IMG/VR virus record: IMGVR_UViG_3300029179_000001
Coordinates: 1 to 61,427 of that record
DNA: 61,427 bases
Source of the DNA: a virus
Lineage: Duplodnaviria; Caudoviricetes
Direction: 5' to 3' (one strand)
Shown here: piece after piece, positions 8,909 to 17,565 of the stretch
How positions within the stretch are numbered: position 1 is the stretch's first letter
How the letters are laid out: each line of letters starts with the position of its first letter
Position numbers and translations under genes: made by a program
The notes under the pieces: generated by a model
What the model saw: only the letters and a program-made list of their open reading frames with translations
Database searches by the model: none
Told to the model about the DNA's origin: nothing

Positions 8909-8950
8909 GAAAGAAAGATTAGGTTCATTCAATCTTTCTTTCTTCTTTCC
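8909..8950 (+). terminator. Inverted repeat / candidate terminator after DUF932
   Basis: AGAAAGAAAGATT pairs with AATCTTTCTTTCT, followed by a pyrimidine run. Confidence 0.45.
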
Positions 8951-8972
8951 TTTCCTCACGAAAAGGTCTATC

Positions 8973-9032
8973 GGGAGCGGGCATTCGATTTGCCTAGGTG
9001 GTTATGGTCCTTTCCATCTAGTGCCCGCTCCC
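8973..9032. ncRNA. Candidate structured small RNA (hairpin with anti-RBS loop)
   Basis: 11-bp outer stem, 8-bp inner stem, loop TTATGGTCCTTT. Confidence 0.4.
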
Positions 9033-9098
9033 CCTCTGCTTTCGAATCAGCTAGCAGAGGGGGAGATCATTAGAAGGATCGAGCGCAGGAGAAGGGCC

Positions 9099-9413
9099 AT
9101 GAAGCATTCTGAATTAACAGAAGACATTCTGGATGTGTCAGAAATACCGGACAAAATGCTGATTGTTTGGATTGAGAATGATTGTCAACTCCTCTTTCCA
9201 ATAGGCTATGAACCAGTAACATCCAAAATGATGATGGCTGTTGAAGCGATTGTCAACAGCATCACACAACACAATCCAGTTTGCGATCCTAATTGCATGT
9301 CTTGTAAATTTTCGCAAATTCTGGCTGAAAAAATCTCTAAAACAATCCTGTCATTTTCGAAAAACAATCCTGAATTAGCAATGATGGAGGCGAAAGGACA
9401 AACAAAACAGTAG
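9099..9413 (+). CDS. Hypothetical protein with Cys cluster
   Basis: AGGAG RBS; HNPVCDPNCMSC. Confidence 0.55.
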   Translation: MKHSELTEDILDVSEIPDKMLIVWIENDCQLLFPIGYEPVTSKMMMAVEAIVNSITQHNPVCDPNCMSCKFSQILAEKISKTILSFSKNNPELAMMEAKGQTKQ

Positions 9414-9443
9414 TGCTTAAAAAGGACAACACGGAGTTACACA

Positions 9444-10430
9444 ATGAGCAAGATGGAATATGTAGTGACTTGGATGGAGGCGAAAAATCCTCAAACCAAG
9501 TCATTCGGCTCTGAGTACAGGGCAAAGGACAAGGCAGTGGAAATGTCCCAGATGTGGGGCATTGCTGAAGTGCATCAATGGAATGACGGGGAAGACAAAA
9601 GCTTTCATCCTCTTGGTTGGCTCCAGAAATGGACCTACACCAAAGGGCGTCTTTCCGGTCAATTCGATCCTCCAGGACCAGGGCCAGGCAACGAGCCAGG
9701 TCCAAACAAAGTCAAGTCAGCGGAAGCCTCTGCGGTTGAAGCTGGATTGATGAAGCCAGAAGAGGTTATTGGCGATGGCCTTGACCTTCCTGCTTCACTT
9801 GATCGCAAGAAGAATGGAATCAAGCCAGCCTCATCGCCCATTAAACCGGGATCATCGACTGGCTCCGCTTTCTCTCCCTCTTCTGCGAGCAAGAAGAACG
9901 TGCCTATCAACCCAACATCAAAACAGGAGACTACCATGACTGAATCTCAAACCGAAACCAACACTGCAACAACCAAGAAGCCCGCCGCCAAGAAGGCTTC
10001 CCCTCCCGCGAAAAAAGCAGCCGCAAAGCCCGCCGCCAAGAAGGCAGCAGCGAAAGTGCCCGCCAAGAAGCCGGCAGTCAAAACGGCCAAGAAGGAAGGC
10101 AAGCCCAAGAAGGAAAGCAAGCCCAAGGTCGAAGCGAAGCCATATGTTGGCCCCCACGAGAAAATCTGGGAAGCCATCGGCCAAAAGACCACTTCGAAAA
10201 TCGGCATGCTGTTGGCCCTTCTCCTCAAGAATGAAGGCAACCAAGTCAAGCTGTCGAAGGTGACGCAGGTTGTCTATGGCGGTGATGAGGAGGCTGCTAG
10301 CGGCTTCAATACACGCGTTAACCAGCTGGTCTCCGACATCGAAGCATCCACAGTCGCCAAGCGTGTCGAGATCAAGCGGGAGCGCAAGACAGCTGACAAG
10401 GAAGGAACCATCGGCATCTACATCAAGTAA
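9444..10430 (+). CDS. Histone H1-like Lys/Ala/Pro-repeat DNA-binding protein (likely second start at 9936)
   Basis: KKPAAKK repeats; in-frame ATG at 9936 preceded by AGGAGACTACC. Confidence 0.7.
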   Translation: MSKMEYVVTWMEAKNPQTKSFGSEYRAKDKAVEMSQMWGIAEVHQWNDGEDKSFHPLGWLQKWTYTKGRLSGQFDPPGPGPGNEPGPNKVKSAEASAVEAGLMKPEEVIGDGLDLPASLDRKKNGIKPASSPIKPGSSTGSAFSPSSASKKNVPINPTSKQETTMTESQTETNTATTKKPAAKKASPPAKKAAAKPAAKKAAAKVPAKKPAVKTAKKEGKPKKESKPKVEAKPYVGPHEKIWEAIGQKTTSKIGMLLALLLKNEGNQVKLSKVTQVVYGGDEEAASGFNTRVNQLVSDIEASTVAKRVEIKRERKTADKEGTIGIYIK

Positions 10431-10441
10431 GCCAGGAGGAA

Positions 10442-10735
10442 ATGAAATTGGCTTTCACTCTCAATGGGGAAGCCAAGCTGAAATATTCTCCATCGGAGCG
10501 GCTTGTGTTTGAAATTCTTGGACGCAAGCTGCTCCCGGTCCCTTCAACAGCAATTGTGTATCAATTCTACAAGGCCAAGAAGCAACAAGCCCCGTACAAC
10601 TCGCGTGCGATTGTTATGGGGTCTTGCCGCAGTCTTGTCCAGAAGATTGAGATCAACAAGGAACCGTTCACCATCAAACGGATCAAGCATCAAGGGAACA
10701 AGGTTCTGGAGTATCAGCTTGTTGAGCGCTCGTGA
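10442..10735 (+). CDS. Basic protein, possible winged-helix
   Basis: AGGAGG RBS; helix pattern resembles a winged HTH. Confidence 0.55.
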   Translation: MKLAFTLNGEAKLKYSPSERLVFEILGRKLLPVPSTAIVYQFYKAKKQQAPYNSRAIVMGSCRSLVQKIEINKEPFTIKRIKHQGNKVLEYQLVERS

Positions 10736-10742
10736 CGACATA

Positions 10743-10774
10743 GGGTCACGCAGAATAACCTGCGTGACCCGTTT
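10743..10774 (+). terminator. Hairpin terminator candidate
   Basis: GGGTCACGCAG/CTGCGTGACCC 11-bp stem followed by GTTT. Confidence 0.5.
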
Positions 10775-10797
10775 CCTATTCAACAAAGGAACGTACC

Positions 10798-11247
10798 ATG
10801 TTAAACATTTTCGATGAGGCTGCCGCAACAATGCGGCGTGCAGTTCAAGAACAAACTAACCAACTCCTATCAGAGATCAAGTCAGCCAACGATCAACTCA
10901 ATTCTGCTCAAGTAGAGTTTGATCAAGAGATCAATGCAATCCTCAAGGACTATTCGACCCTTGAAGGTGGCATCATCAAGGAGCGTGCTGCTCTAGACGA
11001 TAAGGAACGGCGCAACAAACTCCAGCTACAACAGCGGGAGAAGGCCGCTAGGGATAAGCTACTGGACGTTATGTCGGACGCGCGGGCTGTTCTACATGCT
11101 GTTCATATACAAATCAACGCTGGCGTAATGTACACAGGCTTCGATGCGGGCGAGAAGGACAACAGCGCAAAATATCCTACGGCTGCTGTTGAGAGACGCG
11201 ATTCAATGCCGCTCCAGCCATTAGCGAAGAAAGAGGGGGATCAATGA
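10798..11247 (+). CDS. Coiled-coil hypothetical protein
   Basis: AAAGGA RBS; heptad-rich sequence. Confidence 0.6.
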   Translation: MLNIFDEAAATMRRAVQEQTNQLLSEIKSANDQLNSAQVEFDQEINAILKDYSTLEGGIIKERAALDDKERRNKLQLQQREKAARDKLLDVMSDARAVLHAVHIQINAGVMYTGFDAGEKDNSAKYPTAAVERRDSMPLQPLAKKEGDQ

Positions 11248-11441
11248 GCAGGGTTGATGTTGGGGTTAAGCCCCCTAGCCGGGAACGCAGCTATCTTGGG
11301 GATGGGGTGTACGCAAGCTTCGATGGATACCATATTGTTCTCGAAACAATCAATGGAATGTCTGTAACTAATCGTATTCTCCTAGAGCCAGGAGTGTACG
11401 CATCCCTAACCCTCTACATGGAAAAACTAGGGAAGGAATAG
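11244..11441 (+). CDS. Conserved phage hypothetical protein
   Basis: YLGDGVYA.FDG motif. Confidence 0.6.
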   Translation: MSRVDVGVKPPSRERSYLGDGVYASFDGYHIVLETINGMSVTNRILLEPGVYASLTLYMEKLGKE

Positions 11442-11474
11442 CCTTCCCAACAACTCATCAGAAAGGACTCATCA

Positions 11475-11627
11475 ATGAAAACCATCTATCAATTGATCAA
11501 GGAAGGCTTCAAGAAGCAATTCAGCAGGAAGCCAACTCCTCTTGAAGTGGCTCACAACCTTCCGAAAGGGGCTAGCGACAGTCAAGCAATGCTGGCAATG
11601 GTTGCTGCGCTGGAGGACCAATCATGA
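11475..11627 (+). CDS. Small protein (50 aa, not in ORF track)
   Basis: GAAAGGAC RBS; stop overlaps the next ATG. Confidence 0.55.
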   Translation: MKTIYQLIKEGFKKQFSRKPTPLEVAHNLPKGASDSQAMLAMVAALEDQS

Positions 11628-12094
11628 CCAAGCTGTATGTCGCCTCTAGTTGGCGCAACACGGTCTACACCACCCTGCTTCAAAATCTTCGTGATACAGG
11701 GCACGAGTGCTATGATTTCCGCAATCCAGGGGATGGGGATGATGGCTTCTCTTGGAGCAAGGTTGACCCGGAATGGAAATCATGGACGCTCGATCAGTAC
11801 AACAATGGCCTGCTTCATCCTGCTTCTCAGCAGGGATTTAAGCTAGACAAGTCTGCCCTCGATTGGTGTGAGCAGCTTGTCCTAGTCCTTCCTTGCGGCA
11901 AATCAGCTCATGTGGAAGCGGGTTACGCATCAGGCTGTGGCAAGAAAGTTCACGTGTACATTCCGCAGGGAATGAAAGAAGATTACAAAGGCAATCCCAT
12001 TTGGGAGCCAGAGCTCATGTACCTTCTCTTCACGACAATTTGCGGCAACTTGGACGGGCTCAACTATGCCCTTCACAAGCACCGTCCAAAGTGA
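11624..12094 (+). CDS. Nucleoside 2-deoxyribosyltransferase-like protein / nucleotide N-hydrolase
   Basis: LYVASS, D..ALDWC..LVLV, G.SAHVEAGYA.G.GK with the catalytic Glu position retained. Confidence 0.7.
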   Translation: MTKLYVASSWRNTVYTTLLQNLRDTGHECYDFRNPGDGDDGFSWSKVDPEWKSWTLDQYNNGLLHPASQQGFKLDKSALDWCEQLVLVLPCGKSAHVEAGYASGCGKKVHVYIPQGMKEDYKGNPIWEPELMYLLFTTICGNLDGLNYALHKHRPK

Positions 12095-12097
12095 AAT

Positions 12098-12126
12098 AAA
12101 AAGGGCGGCTAACCGCCGCCCTTCTT
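12098..12126. terminator. Bidirectional terminator between converging early and late transcripts
   Basis: AAGGGCGGC/GCCGCCCTT stem flanked by A and T runs. Confidence 0.7.
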
Positions 12127-12339
12127 GATGTTGCAATAGGCTTCTTGCCTGTTGTTGCTTGCCCTTATTCCCGCGACCGTTTCCGGCGTATCATTCTTGC
12201 GCGAGTAACTGAGCTGAGTCCACTGGGAGCAAACAGGCGGAGCCTCCCCCTCATTGACCGGCGTTGTCCCGGTTATTCGGGTCCACGAGCATCCGCTCAG
12301 GGTCAAGAAGGCCAGGATCAGACCCAGCCTTAGAAGCAC
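12109..12339 (-). CDS. o-spanin (outer-membrane lipoprotein)
   Basis: GTG start after AAGGA; lipobox LSGC; overlaps the i-spanin in another frame. Confidence 0.7.
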   Translation of the reverse strand: MLLRLGLILAFLTLSGCSWTRITGTTPVNEGEAPPVCSQWTQLSYSRKNDTPETVAGIRASNNRQEAYCNIKKGGG

Positions 12340-12508
12340 GTGTGATCCTTCCCAGTTCATCCCTCAAGTCTCCCTCTCTTTGTTTCGATGCGCCTAGCTC
12401 CTTGTGAGTCCGTTCATCCCTAAGCTCCTTGAGGAAGCCTGTAAAAGACTTGAGAAGAGAGTTCATCACTATCTCCCCGAACGTTGCAACAAGATAGCTC
12501 CACATCAC
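12251..12508 (-). CDS. i-spanin candidate
   Basis: N-terminal hydrophobic segment and helical periplasmic part; overlaps the o-spanin. Confidence 0.55.
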   Translation of the reverse strand: MMWSYLVATFGEIVMNSLLKSFTGFLKELRDERTHKELGASKQREGDLRDELGRITRASKAGSDPGLLDPERMLVDPNNRDNAGQ

Positions 12509-12510
12509 AT

Positions 12511-13035
12511 TTACGCCTTAGCAGCAATGAACTGCGGCATAATCGCTACGCTGGCTGAAGAGGGATGCATTACGGAGGAAACTGACGCGCTTTCCTCCAC
12601 CTCCAGACGCGCAATAATCTTCTTGCGCAACACATCGACACCGCCGAACGTCTTGACGAGACGTGGGGCATTGTCGACAGCATATTGAACTGCCTCGCGC
12701 AACACATCATTGGCAATTGGAACTGTAAGCTTCTTATCATGGCTTGCATCAGCCACAGAGTTGATTCCGTAGCTGATCGAGCGCTCAAGAAGCTGATCTG
12801 CACGTGCGGCAATCAACATGTTTGCCCACTGCCCCGGAAGTGCCCGGAAAAGCCACGCAACAGCAGGCACAGTCAGCGCTGCAACCGTTGTCGCAAGGTC
12901 TGAAACATACTTGCCCCAAGGGATCGTGACCCCTTCGACAGCGACAGCCGTTTCTTGAGCCATGCTTGTGGAAGCGAGCGTAATGGCTGCAACAGCCAAG
13001 ATAGGCACAGCAAGCCAATAAAAGAATTTCTTCAT
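12511..13035 (-). CDS. Membrane protein of lysis cassette (holin-like)
   Basis: Signal/TM segment plus a second TM; lies between endolysin and spanins. Confidence 0.5.
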   Translation of the reverse strand: MKKFFYWLAVPILAVAAITLASTSMAQETAVAVEGVTIPWGKYVSDLATTVAALTVPAVAWLFRALPGQWANMLIAARADQLLERSISYGINSVADASHDKKLTVPIANDVLREAVQYAVDNAPRLVKTFGGVDVLRKKIIARLEVEESASVSSVMHPSSASVAIMPQFIAAKA

Positions 13036-13078
13036 GTTAGTCTCCTTGTTTGAGGATCATTTGCTCAGGCCGATCCAA

Positions 13079-14113
13079 TTAGCCTTTTTCAAACTCCAAA
13101 TATGCTGATTCAAGCTTCTCATCATATTTGTTCTTGCGGTAGGCAGCTCCATTGTAACACTCAGCAGCAGTCGCGAAATCGAGACGCTTGAGTGCGTTGT
13201 AGAGTGTCGCATTGTTAAGAATAAAGGAACCCATCGCAGCCATTTGATTTTCCTCGTCAGCTGCGAAAGCCCTTACCATCGAAACACCATCAATGTAGCC
13301 GCAAGACCTTGCGTTGAAGCCGCATATCTGAGGGCCACCCCATGAGGAGGAGTCAGCAGCAACCTCTGCACCCGCGATCTTCGTGCACAAGTCAATCTGC
13401 TTGTAGCGATCATCCATCGTCTTGGGATATGGCTTCGTTCCCCATTTCACATAGGCCAATCCCTCGCTCATGAGTTCCGCACGGATTTCTCCGCTGGTAA
13501 AGCGGTAAGCTAGATGAGGCTCATAGAGAACCGTTGGCCTGTTCTTCGCATCGAATGGCTTTCCATTACTTTCCACTTGGAGGAAAGCCTTGACAATAGA
13601 TACCTTCAGCTTGATGTTGTTTGCGATCCTTGGAATGTCTTCAAGGTCCAAACGTTTAGCATTTCCAAGATAGAACTTGGATGAGGAAGGGGAGGAGGTT
13701 GGCGGTGGAGTGACTTGAATGTCTGGCCCATCATCTTTTGGAAAGAGTTTCGCAAGCGTTCTGGGTCCAGCAATTCCATCATCATCAAGACCGTTTTGAC
13801 GCTGAAAGACCTTGATTGCAGATACAGTCATTGGGCCTGCGATGCCGTCGCATTTTCCATTGTAGATGCCGAGAGAGAACAATGTGACTTGAATCTTGTA
13901 GAGGTTGCCCCGGCTTTCCGCTCGCTGCTCGACACTCGCCATAATGCGGCGGGTATCCGGTCCAACGATCCCATCTTGAGCCAATCCGAATTGACGTTGT
14001 AATGACTTGATTGCCTGTTCAGTTCTTGGCCCCATCAATCCATCAATTGTTGAGCGGTAGTATCCTTGTTGCTTGAGCCAGGTTTGAATCTGTGTGATGT
14101 CGTTCTTATTCAT
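13079..14113 (-). CDS. Modular endolysin: two peptidoglycan-binding domains plus N-acetylmuramidase (DUF3380-like)
   Basis: DG..GP.T repeats; VES.G, LYEPH, SSWG..QI.GFN, YNG..Y....YD.KL. Confidence 0.9.
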   Translation of the reverse strand: MNKNDITQIQTWLKQQGYYRSTIDGLMGPRTEQAIKSLQRQFGLAQDGIVGPDTRRIMASVEQRAESRGNLYKIQVTLFSLGIYNGKCDGIAGPMTVSAIKVFQRQNGLDDDGIAGPRTLAKLFPKDDGPDIQVTPPPTSSPSSSKFYLGNAKRLDLEDIPRIANNIKLKVSIVKAFLQVESNGKPFDAKNRPTVLYEPHLAYRFTSGEIRAELMSEGLAYVKWGTKPYPKTMDDRYKQIDLCTKIAGAEVAADSSSWGGPQICGFNARSCGYIDGVSMVRAFAADEENQMAAMGSFILNNATLYNALKRLDFATAAECYNGAAYRKNKYDEKLESAYLEFEKG

Positions 14114-14116
14114 GAC

Positions 14117-14674
14117 TTACTCCTGAGTTGATGTTACTGGGGGTTCAAGGATTTGATTTTGCGCAGGAAGATTTGCAGAATCATGCACCATAAAGATCGC
14201 ACTTTGCTTGCAATAATGAACTACAGAAGCACGGTATCGGTAAACATCCCAACAAGCTTCAATCCGGTAAGACCCTGCAGGGATGTCGCATTTCTTTCCA
14301 AGGAACCAGCTCAATGTAGGCCCATCTTCTGGAAGCTTCTTTTCTGGACTATAGTTGATGGTGTTTCTCCCGATACAGGATTCAAGCGGCTGGAGGGTTC
14401 CTGCCTTTTGAATCTCAATATTGTATGTTCCGCGAAAAGGCTTGTGTACTGTCCGATCATAAATAATGATTGGATCCTCTCCTTGCGAATGATCAGGAAT
14501 TGCGATCTGGCGCACTTCGAAATATTCAGTGACTGGAGCTAGCTCCCTGCGTTGATCTTGAACATAGTCATATGAGATCACAAACAGCATAAACAAGAAT
14601 AGGGAAATTGTGATCTCAAGAAGGCGTTTTTTGACCAATTCCAGCGTTGACCAGTTCTTAGCAAGATACAACAT
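14117..14674 (-). CDS. Single-TM protein with Cys-containing periplasmic domain (holin or antiholin candidate)
   Basis: AAGGA RBS; one N-terminal TM; four Cys; directly upstream of the endolysin. Confidence 0.5.
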   Translation of the reverse strand: MLYLAKNWSTLELVKKRLLEITISLFLFMLFVISYDYVQDQRRELAPVTEYFEVRQIAIPDHSQGEDPIIIYDRTVHKPFRGTYNIEIQKAGTLQPLESCIGRNTINYSPEKKLPEDGPTLSWFLGKKCDIPAGSYRIEACWDVYRYRASVVHYCKQSAIFMVHDSANLPAQNQILEPPVTSTQE

Positions 14675-14675
14675 G

Positions 14676-14933
14676 TCAGTTTCCTTTTCCGAGGATGTGC
14701 TGTGAGAACCAATCGCCAAGTTGCGACCAAGCAATTAGAAGCCCACCCAGCAGCAAGAGGATGTTTTTGATAACAGTCCCCAACCAACCAAGTGCTTCAA
14801 CTCCACGTACAACCTTAATGACTTTTCGAAGCACTGCCGCTTCTTCAGGGGAGAATTCCACAGGGCCTCCCCCATCATCCGCAACATGCGAAAGTTTATC
14901 GATCACCGTCTGTTCCTCTAAAAGGCGTGACAT
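14676..14933 (-). CDS. Small membrane protein (holin candidate)
   Basis: C-terminal hydrophobic helix; GGAGG RBS; first gene of the lysis cassette. Confidence 0.55.
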   Translation of the reverse strand: MSRLLEEQTVIDKLSHVADDGGGPVEFSPEEAAVLRKVIKVVRGVEALGWLGTVIKNILLLLGGLLIAWSQLGDWFSQHILGKGN

Positions 14934-15275
14934 AATTGGCCTCCATCCTTTATCTGGTGGCTGTTATTCCCGCTGGTCCTTTTTCAATGAGGCGAGCACC
15001 TAGAAACAGCCGCGCGAGTGAGGCTAGCTCTAGGGACACCTTCCCCGGTTAAGTTGTCTCGGGGCCTTTTTTAAGGCTCCCGGAACACCTTTCTTGTATC
15101 ACTTCCCCCGCTACGGCCACTTCCGCCCCCGGAACGTTGGCCCTAACCCTTAATTCTACACACCTAGGAACAGCGCTCGCAAGCCTTTCCCGGCTTCCCG
15201 CTACTTCCCCCGTGTCTCCTGGCTTCCGGCCCTTCCTAGCTGTCCGTAATCCTAGGAATTTGTTCCATCCAGAGC

Positions 15276-15920
15276 CTAAGTCACAGCCCAAAAGAAAACA
15301 CTGCGGCCAGCCACAGGAGCAGGAACGGGCAGAATAGGTAGTGTACGCTCCCGGAACCTTCGAACAGGAATGCCCAGCAATCCCTTTGGCCCAATTCGAT
15401 CCTTTGGGATAACAATATCAGGAACAAAAGGTGGGATAAAAGGAGGAGCATTCCAATATGGAGTGTCAGAGCGCTCCCGGAATTTACGGACTGGAATTCC
15501 GAGCAGTCCATTCGGTCCAAGATGATTTCCCGGAATGACGATTGTTTGAATCGGCGGTGGAGTAGCGAAGACAAAGCTATCTAGTGTACGCTCCCGGAAT
15601 TTGCGTGGCGGTATTCCGAGAAAGCCCTTTGGCCCTAGCTCCGCTCTCGGCAGAATAGAAATAGAAGCTGGTTTAATGCTAATCCAGACTTCAAGGCCAA
15701 TTTGAGTTACTTGAAGAGAGGGGGTTGCCTGAAACCAGGGTTCTAAGCCTGCTTGGGTAACACGAAGGTTAGGTGATGCTTGAGCCCAAGCTTCAAGGCT
15801 GATCTGCGTAACGCGAAGGTTAGCATTCCATCCAAAGTTGAATTGCCTTTGAGGGCTTTTTGAGTTCCAGGCCCCCTTAAATGGACCAGCACGAAATGGT
15901 CCTTTAATGGGGCCTGGCAT
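15276..15920 (-). CDS. Repeat-containing tail-associated protein
   Basis: Three L.VTQ..LE.W repeats and three [LI]GP.G.LGIP.R.FRER repeats. Confidence 0.65.
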   Translation of the reverse strand: MPGPIKGPFRAGPFKGAWNSKSPQRQFNFGWNANLRVTQISLEAWAQASPNLRVTQAGLEPWFQATPSLQVTQIGLEVWISIKPASISILPRAELGPKGFLGIPPRKFRERTLDSFVFATPPPIQTIVIPGNHLGPNGLLGIPVRKFRERSDTPYWNAPPFIPPFVPDIVIPKDRIGPKGLLGIPVRRFRERTLPILPVPAPVAGRSVFFWAVT

Positions 15921-15941
15921 TGTTCAAATTCCTTCCGTGCC

Positions 15942-16490
15942 TTAGTTCAAGGCTTCGAGGACAAACTGATTGATCGTCAAGTTTGTCGGGTTTGTCGCCA
16001 CAGAGAACTGAGCCGTGAAACTAAGTGTGCTTGCAGATGTCAGATCGAGCGAAGCGACAACAGCGTTCCCGGAAGCTGGAATGTTGTCGAGCAAGCCTTG
16101 AGTTGCGCGTGAGTTTCCGAGCGCCGCCTTACCGCTGGTCCAAAGCGAACCAGAAGTGGCCGACCATCCAGCAGCACGACAAGTCAGGAGGAACTCAATC
16201 CAAATTTGCGCATTGGTTTGCGCTGTCGTGTTGAGAGCGAGCGCAGCAGAAGCCGCTAGGACCGTTCCCGCAACACCGCCAAAACGTGCACGCAAGGTCA
16301 ACGTTCCGGGAGTAGTCACGACATTGCTCATTACTCCGTTGAGTGTAGCTTTCAGCGTCCTTCCCGGATACCAATACCTGGCCGGGATTGAAGTGTCCGG
16401 CACCATGATGGTTTCTGTCGTGCTGTTGCTGATTTGGGTTGCATCAGCAATTGAACTGTATAGGGCTTCTTCCCAAGTTTGAAGTGACAT
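15942..16490 (-). CDS. Virion structural protein (tail fibre component)
   Basis: Ala/Thr/Ser-rich beta protein; strong AGGAGACTACA RBS. Confidence 0.65.
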   Translation of the reverse strand: MSLQTWEEALYSSIADATQISNSTTETIMVPDTSIPARYWYPGRTLKATLNGVMSNVVTTPGTLTLRARFGGVAGTVLAASAALALNTTAQTNAQIWIEFLLTCRAAGWSATSGSLWTSGKAALGNSRATQGLLDNIPASGNAVVASLDLTSASTLSFTAQFSVATNPTNLTINQFVLEALN

Positions 16491-16509
16491 TGTAGTCTCC
16501 TTGTTTGAG

Positions 16510-17565
16510 TTAGACGGTTACGATTGGGCCAAACACTGCAGCAGCAACACCAGCCTGGCTCCAAGGGGCTGATGTTGCTGGATCAAGATCAATATAAGCC
16601 CATACTGGCGAGCTTGATGCGTTTGATGCTGCTGTTATTGATTCTCCTTGTACTACTGATGCGCCACTTCGAAGGCGGCACGCAACTTCACGAGGGCCAG
16701 CATTGTCCTTAAGCATTTGTCCTCTTATTGATAGTCCAAGAATGGAAGCAGGGTTGAATGCTCCCCATCCAGCATTCGAATACTCATCATATTGACCTGC
16801 GGTATTCGAGAAATTGTAATCTGTCGTGCTGTTAATCAATTCATCGATGTTCGAAAAATTTGTAACTCCTGCTGATCTGCTAAATTGAGTAAATGTATCC
16901 CCATTGGCAACGATCTGAATGGGACGAACATCACCAATGTAATCAAAAGGAGCACCATCGCCAAGATTTTGATTATCATATATCCAAACATCATCAAAGA
17001 GCTGAACAGCGCTTGCTGTTGTCCGGCAAATAGTGTCCATTCCTGTCGTGCGATTATTTCCGCTGGGGGCATTATTAACCCCAGTCAAAGCAAAATTGTC
17101 TACATTAGAACCATTCTTTCTAAAGTGGAATTCGCCCACTGTTGCGCTCAATATGACTTTAATCTCGAAATGAGACCAAGTTGTAGAACCTCCAAAAGCA
17201 TTCAAGTATGTTCCAAGCAGCGTCACATCGTCTCCACGATAGATAGATATTGATCCATTGTCAAGGAAACGGAAGGCAAATTGCCTTGTAAGCCCATCAT
17301 AGAACCTAAGTGATTGACAAGCGGTCCCTCCTCCTAGGGCAGCGGTCTGGGCGTGAGTTAAATGAATAAACATTTGATCTGTTGTGCTGGACCAAACTCC
17401 AGTTGGTCCAACTTGCAGGTTTGTTGTAGGTAGGGAAATAGATTGTCCAGCACCGAAACGGGTTGTAGCGCTCAGTGTAGCGAGGCCAAATCCATTCCAA
17501 ATTCCATTCACAGCTTGATTGACTGCTCCATACCAATCAAAACTATCCCTGAGCTTGTTTGCCAT
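16510..17565 (-). CDS. Tail-associated lectin/ConA-like protein (paralog of 22535-23629)
   Basis: Shared DxFDxY start, IGD.....L.A.GD, N...IDE, KD.A..R and P.T...W motifs. Confidence 0.7.
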   Translation of the reverse strand: MANKLRDSFDWYGAVNQAVNGIWNGFGLATLSATTRFGAGQSISLPTTNLQVGPTGVWSSTTDQMFIHLTHAQTAALGGGTACQSLRFYDGLTRQFAFRFLDNGSISIYRGDDVTLLGTYLNAFGGSTTWSHFEIKVILSATVGEFHFRKNGSNVDNFALTGVNNAPSGNNRTTGMDTICRTTASAVQLFDDVWIYDNQNLGDGAPFDYIGDVRPIQIVANGDTFTQFSRSAGVTNFSNIDELINSTTDYNFSNTAGQYDEYSNAGWGAFNPASILGLSIRGQMLKDNAGPREVACRLRSGASVVQGESITAASNASSSPVWAYIDLDPATSAPWSQAGVAAAVFGPIVTV

